Positions 47,515-48,032 of a stretch of DNA of 48,032 nt are shown piece after piece; the first letter of the stretch is position 1, and each line of letters begins with the position of its first letter. The stretch lies in NCBI GenBank assembly GCA_039801885.1, contig JBDRVN010000005.1:1-48032 (forward strand). The letters are read 5' to 3'. Position numbers and translations under genes: made by a program. Source of the stretch: a candidate division WOR-3 bacterium (GTDB taxonomy: Bacteria; Hydrothermota; Tepidihabitantia; Tepidihabitantales; DTDR01). The notes beneath the pieces were generated by a model that saw nothing but the letters and a program-made list of their open reading frames with translations, was not told where the DNA came from and ran no database searches.

Positions 47515-48032
47515 AAAGGAAATTATCTTTCAAGGCGCGGGTGCCTATTTTAAAGATAAAGTTTTTATAAAATGTTATCCCGCAAAAGCAAATTCCGGAA
47601 TAATAATTAACAATCAAAAATTAGTAATTGATAAAATAACCTGTGAAAATCACACAACCGTTTTTAATAATAATGGTAATAAAATTTTTCTTATTGAACA
47701 TTTTTTAGGTGTTCTTTTTTTATTAGGGGTTGATAATTTAATAATCGAAATTTCTGGTAAAGAGTTTCCTTTTTTTGATGGTAGTGGGAAGGATTATTAT
47801 TTAAAATTAAAAGATTTGGTGGTTGATTTGGTTCCTTATAAAAAAGAGTTTATGGAAATCAAAAAGAGCTTGTTAGTCTTTGGTAGCAATAATTTTATTT
47901 TGTTATTCCCTAATAAAGAATTTTCTTGTTTAATGATTACCAATTTTCCTGATTATTTTTATTGGCAAACTTGTAAATTAAATAACAATTTTTTAGATAT
48001 TATTTTTTCCCAAACGCCAATTCCTAAAAAAA
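47495..48032 (+). CDS. lpxC: UDP-3-O-acyl-N-acetylglucosamine deacetylase, partial (runs off the right edge); not in the ORF track
   Basis: Manual translation MLQRTIKKEI...IEHFLGVL..LGVDNLIIE...EFPFFDGS. Confidence 0.85.
   Translation, partial: MLQRTIKKEIIFQGAGAYFKDKVFIKCYPAKANSGIIINNQKLVIDKITCENHTTVFNNNGNKIFLIEHFLGVLFLLGVDNLIIEISGKEFPFFDGSGKDYYLKLKDLVVDLVPYKKEFMEIKKSLLVFGSNNFILLFPNKEFSCLMITNFPDYFYWQTCKLNNNFLDIIFSQTPIPKK

Overview
AT-rich, very gene-dense bacterial chromosome segment from a diderm (Skp, LpxD, LpxC present). Lys/Glu/Ile-rich proteins suggest a thermophile, and the rplM-rpsI-rpsB-tsf order is FCB-like, possibly a WOR-3-type lineage; taxonomy is inference only. Most of the window is core machinery: rpsT, ileS-dksA-truA, six tRNAs, tuf-rpmG-secE-nusG-rplKAJL-rpoBC-rpsLG, rplM-rpsI-rpsB-tsf-pyrH-frr-uppS-cdsA, glyQ, and cmk-plsC-ispH-rpsA-mtaB-skp-lpxD-lpxC. 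The best candidate for an undescribed system is a five-gene operon at 32.3-38.1 kb that looks like a synthase-dependent exopolysaccharide machine. It has a TPR/beta-barrel exporter, a PgaC-like GT2 synthase, a small single-pass protein and a CE4 deacetylase, and is headed by a degenerate RecA/KaiC-fold plus degenerate GGDEF protein reminiscent of BcsE. Other notable items: sigma70-type promoters placed so that many mRNAs would be leaderless; rpsB broken by a ~46-nt deletion; IleRS2 with a GVHH signature; a degenerate chemoreceptor with an orphan CheW; an RNase HIII/archaeal-HII hybrid; an unannotated 58-aa basic ORF; a 34-bp dispersed repeat; and a tRNA-Trp overlapping the rpmG stop codon. No CRISPR array, transposase, integrase or rRNA was seen. 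All family calls are by-eye motif recognition; no searches were run.
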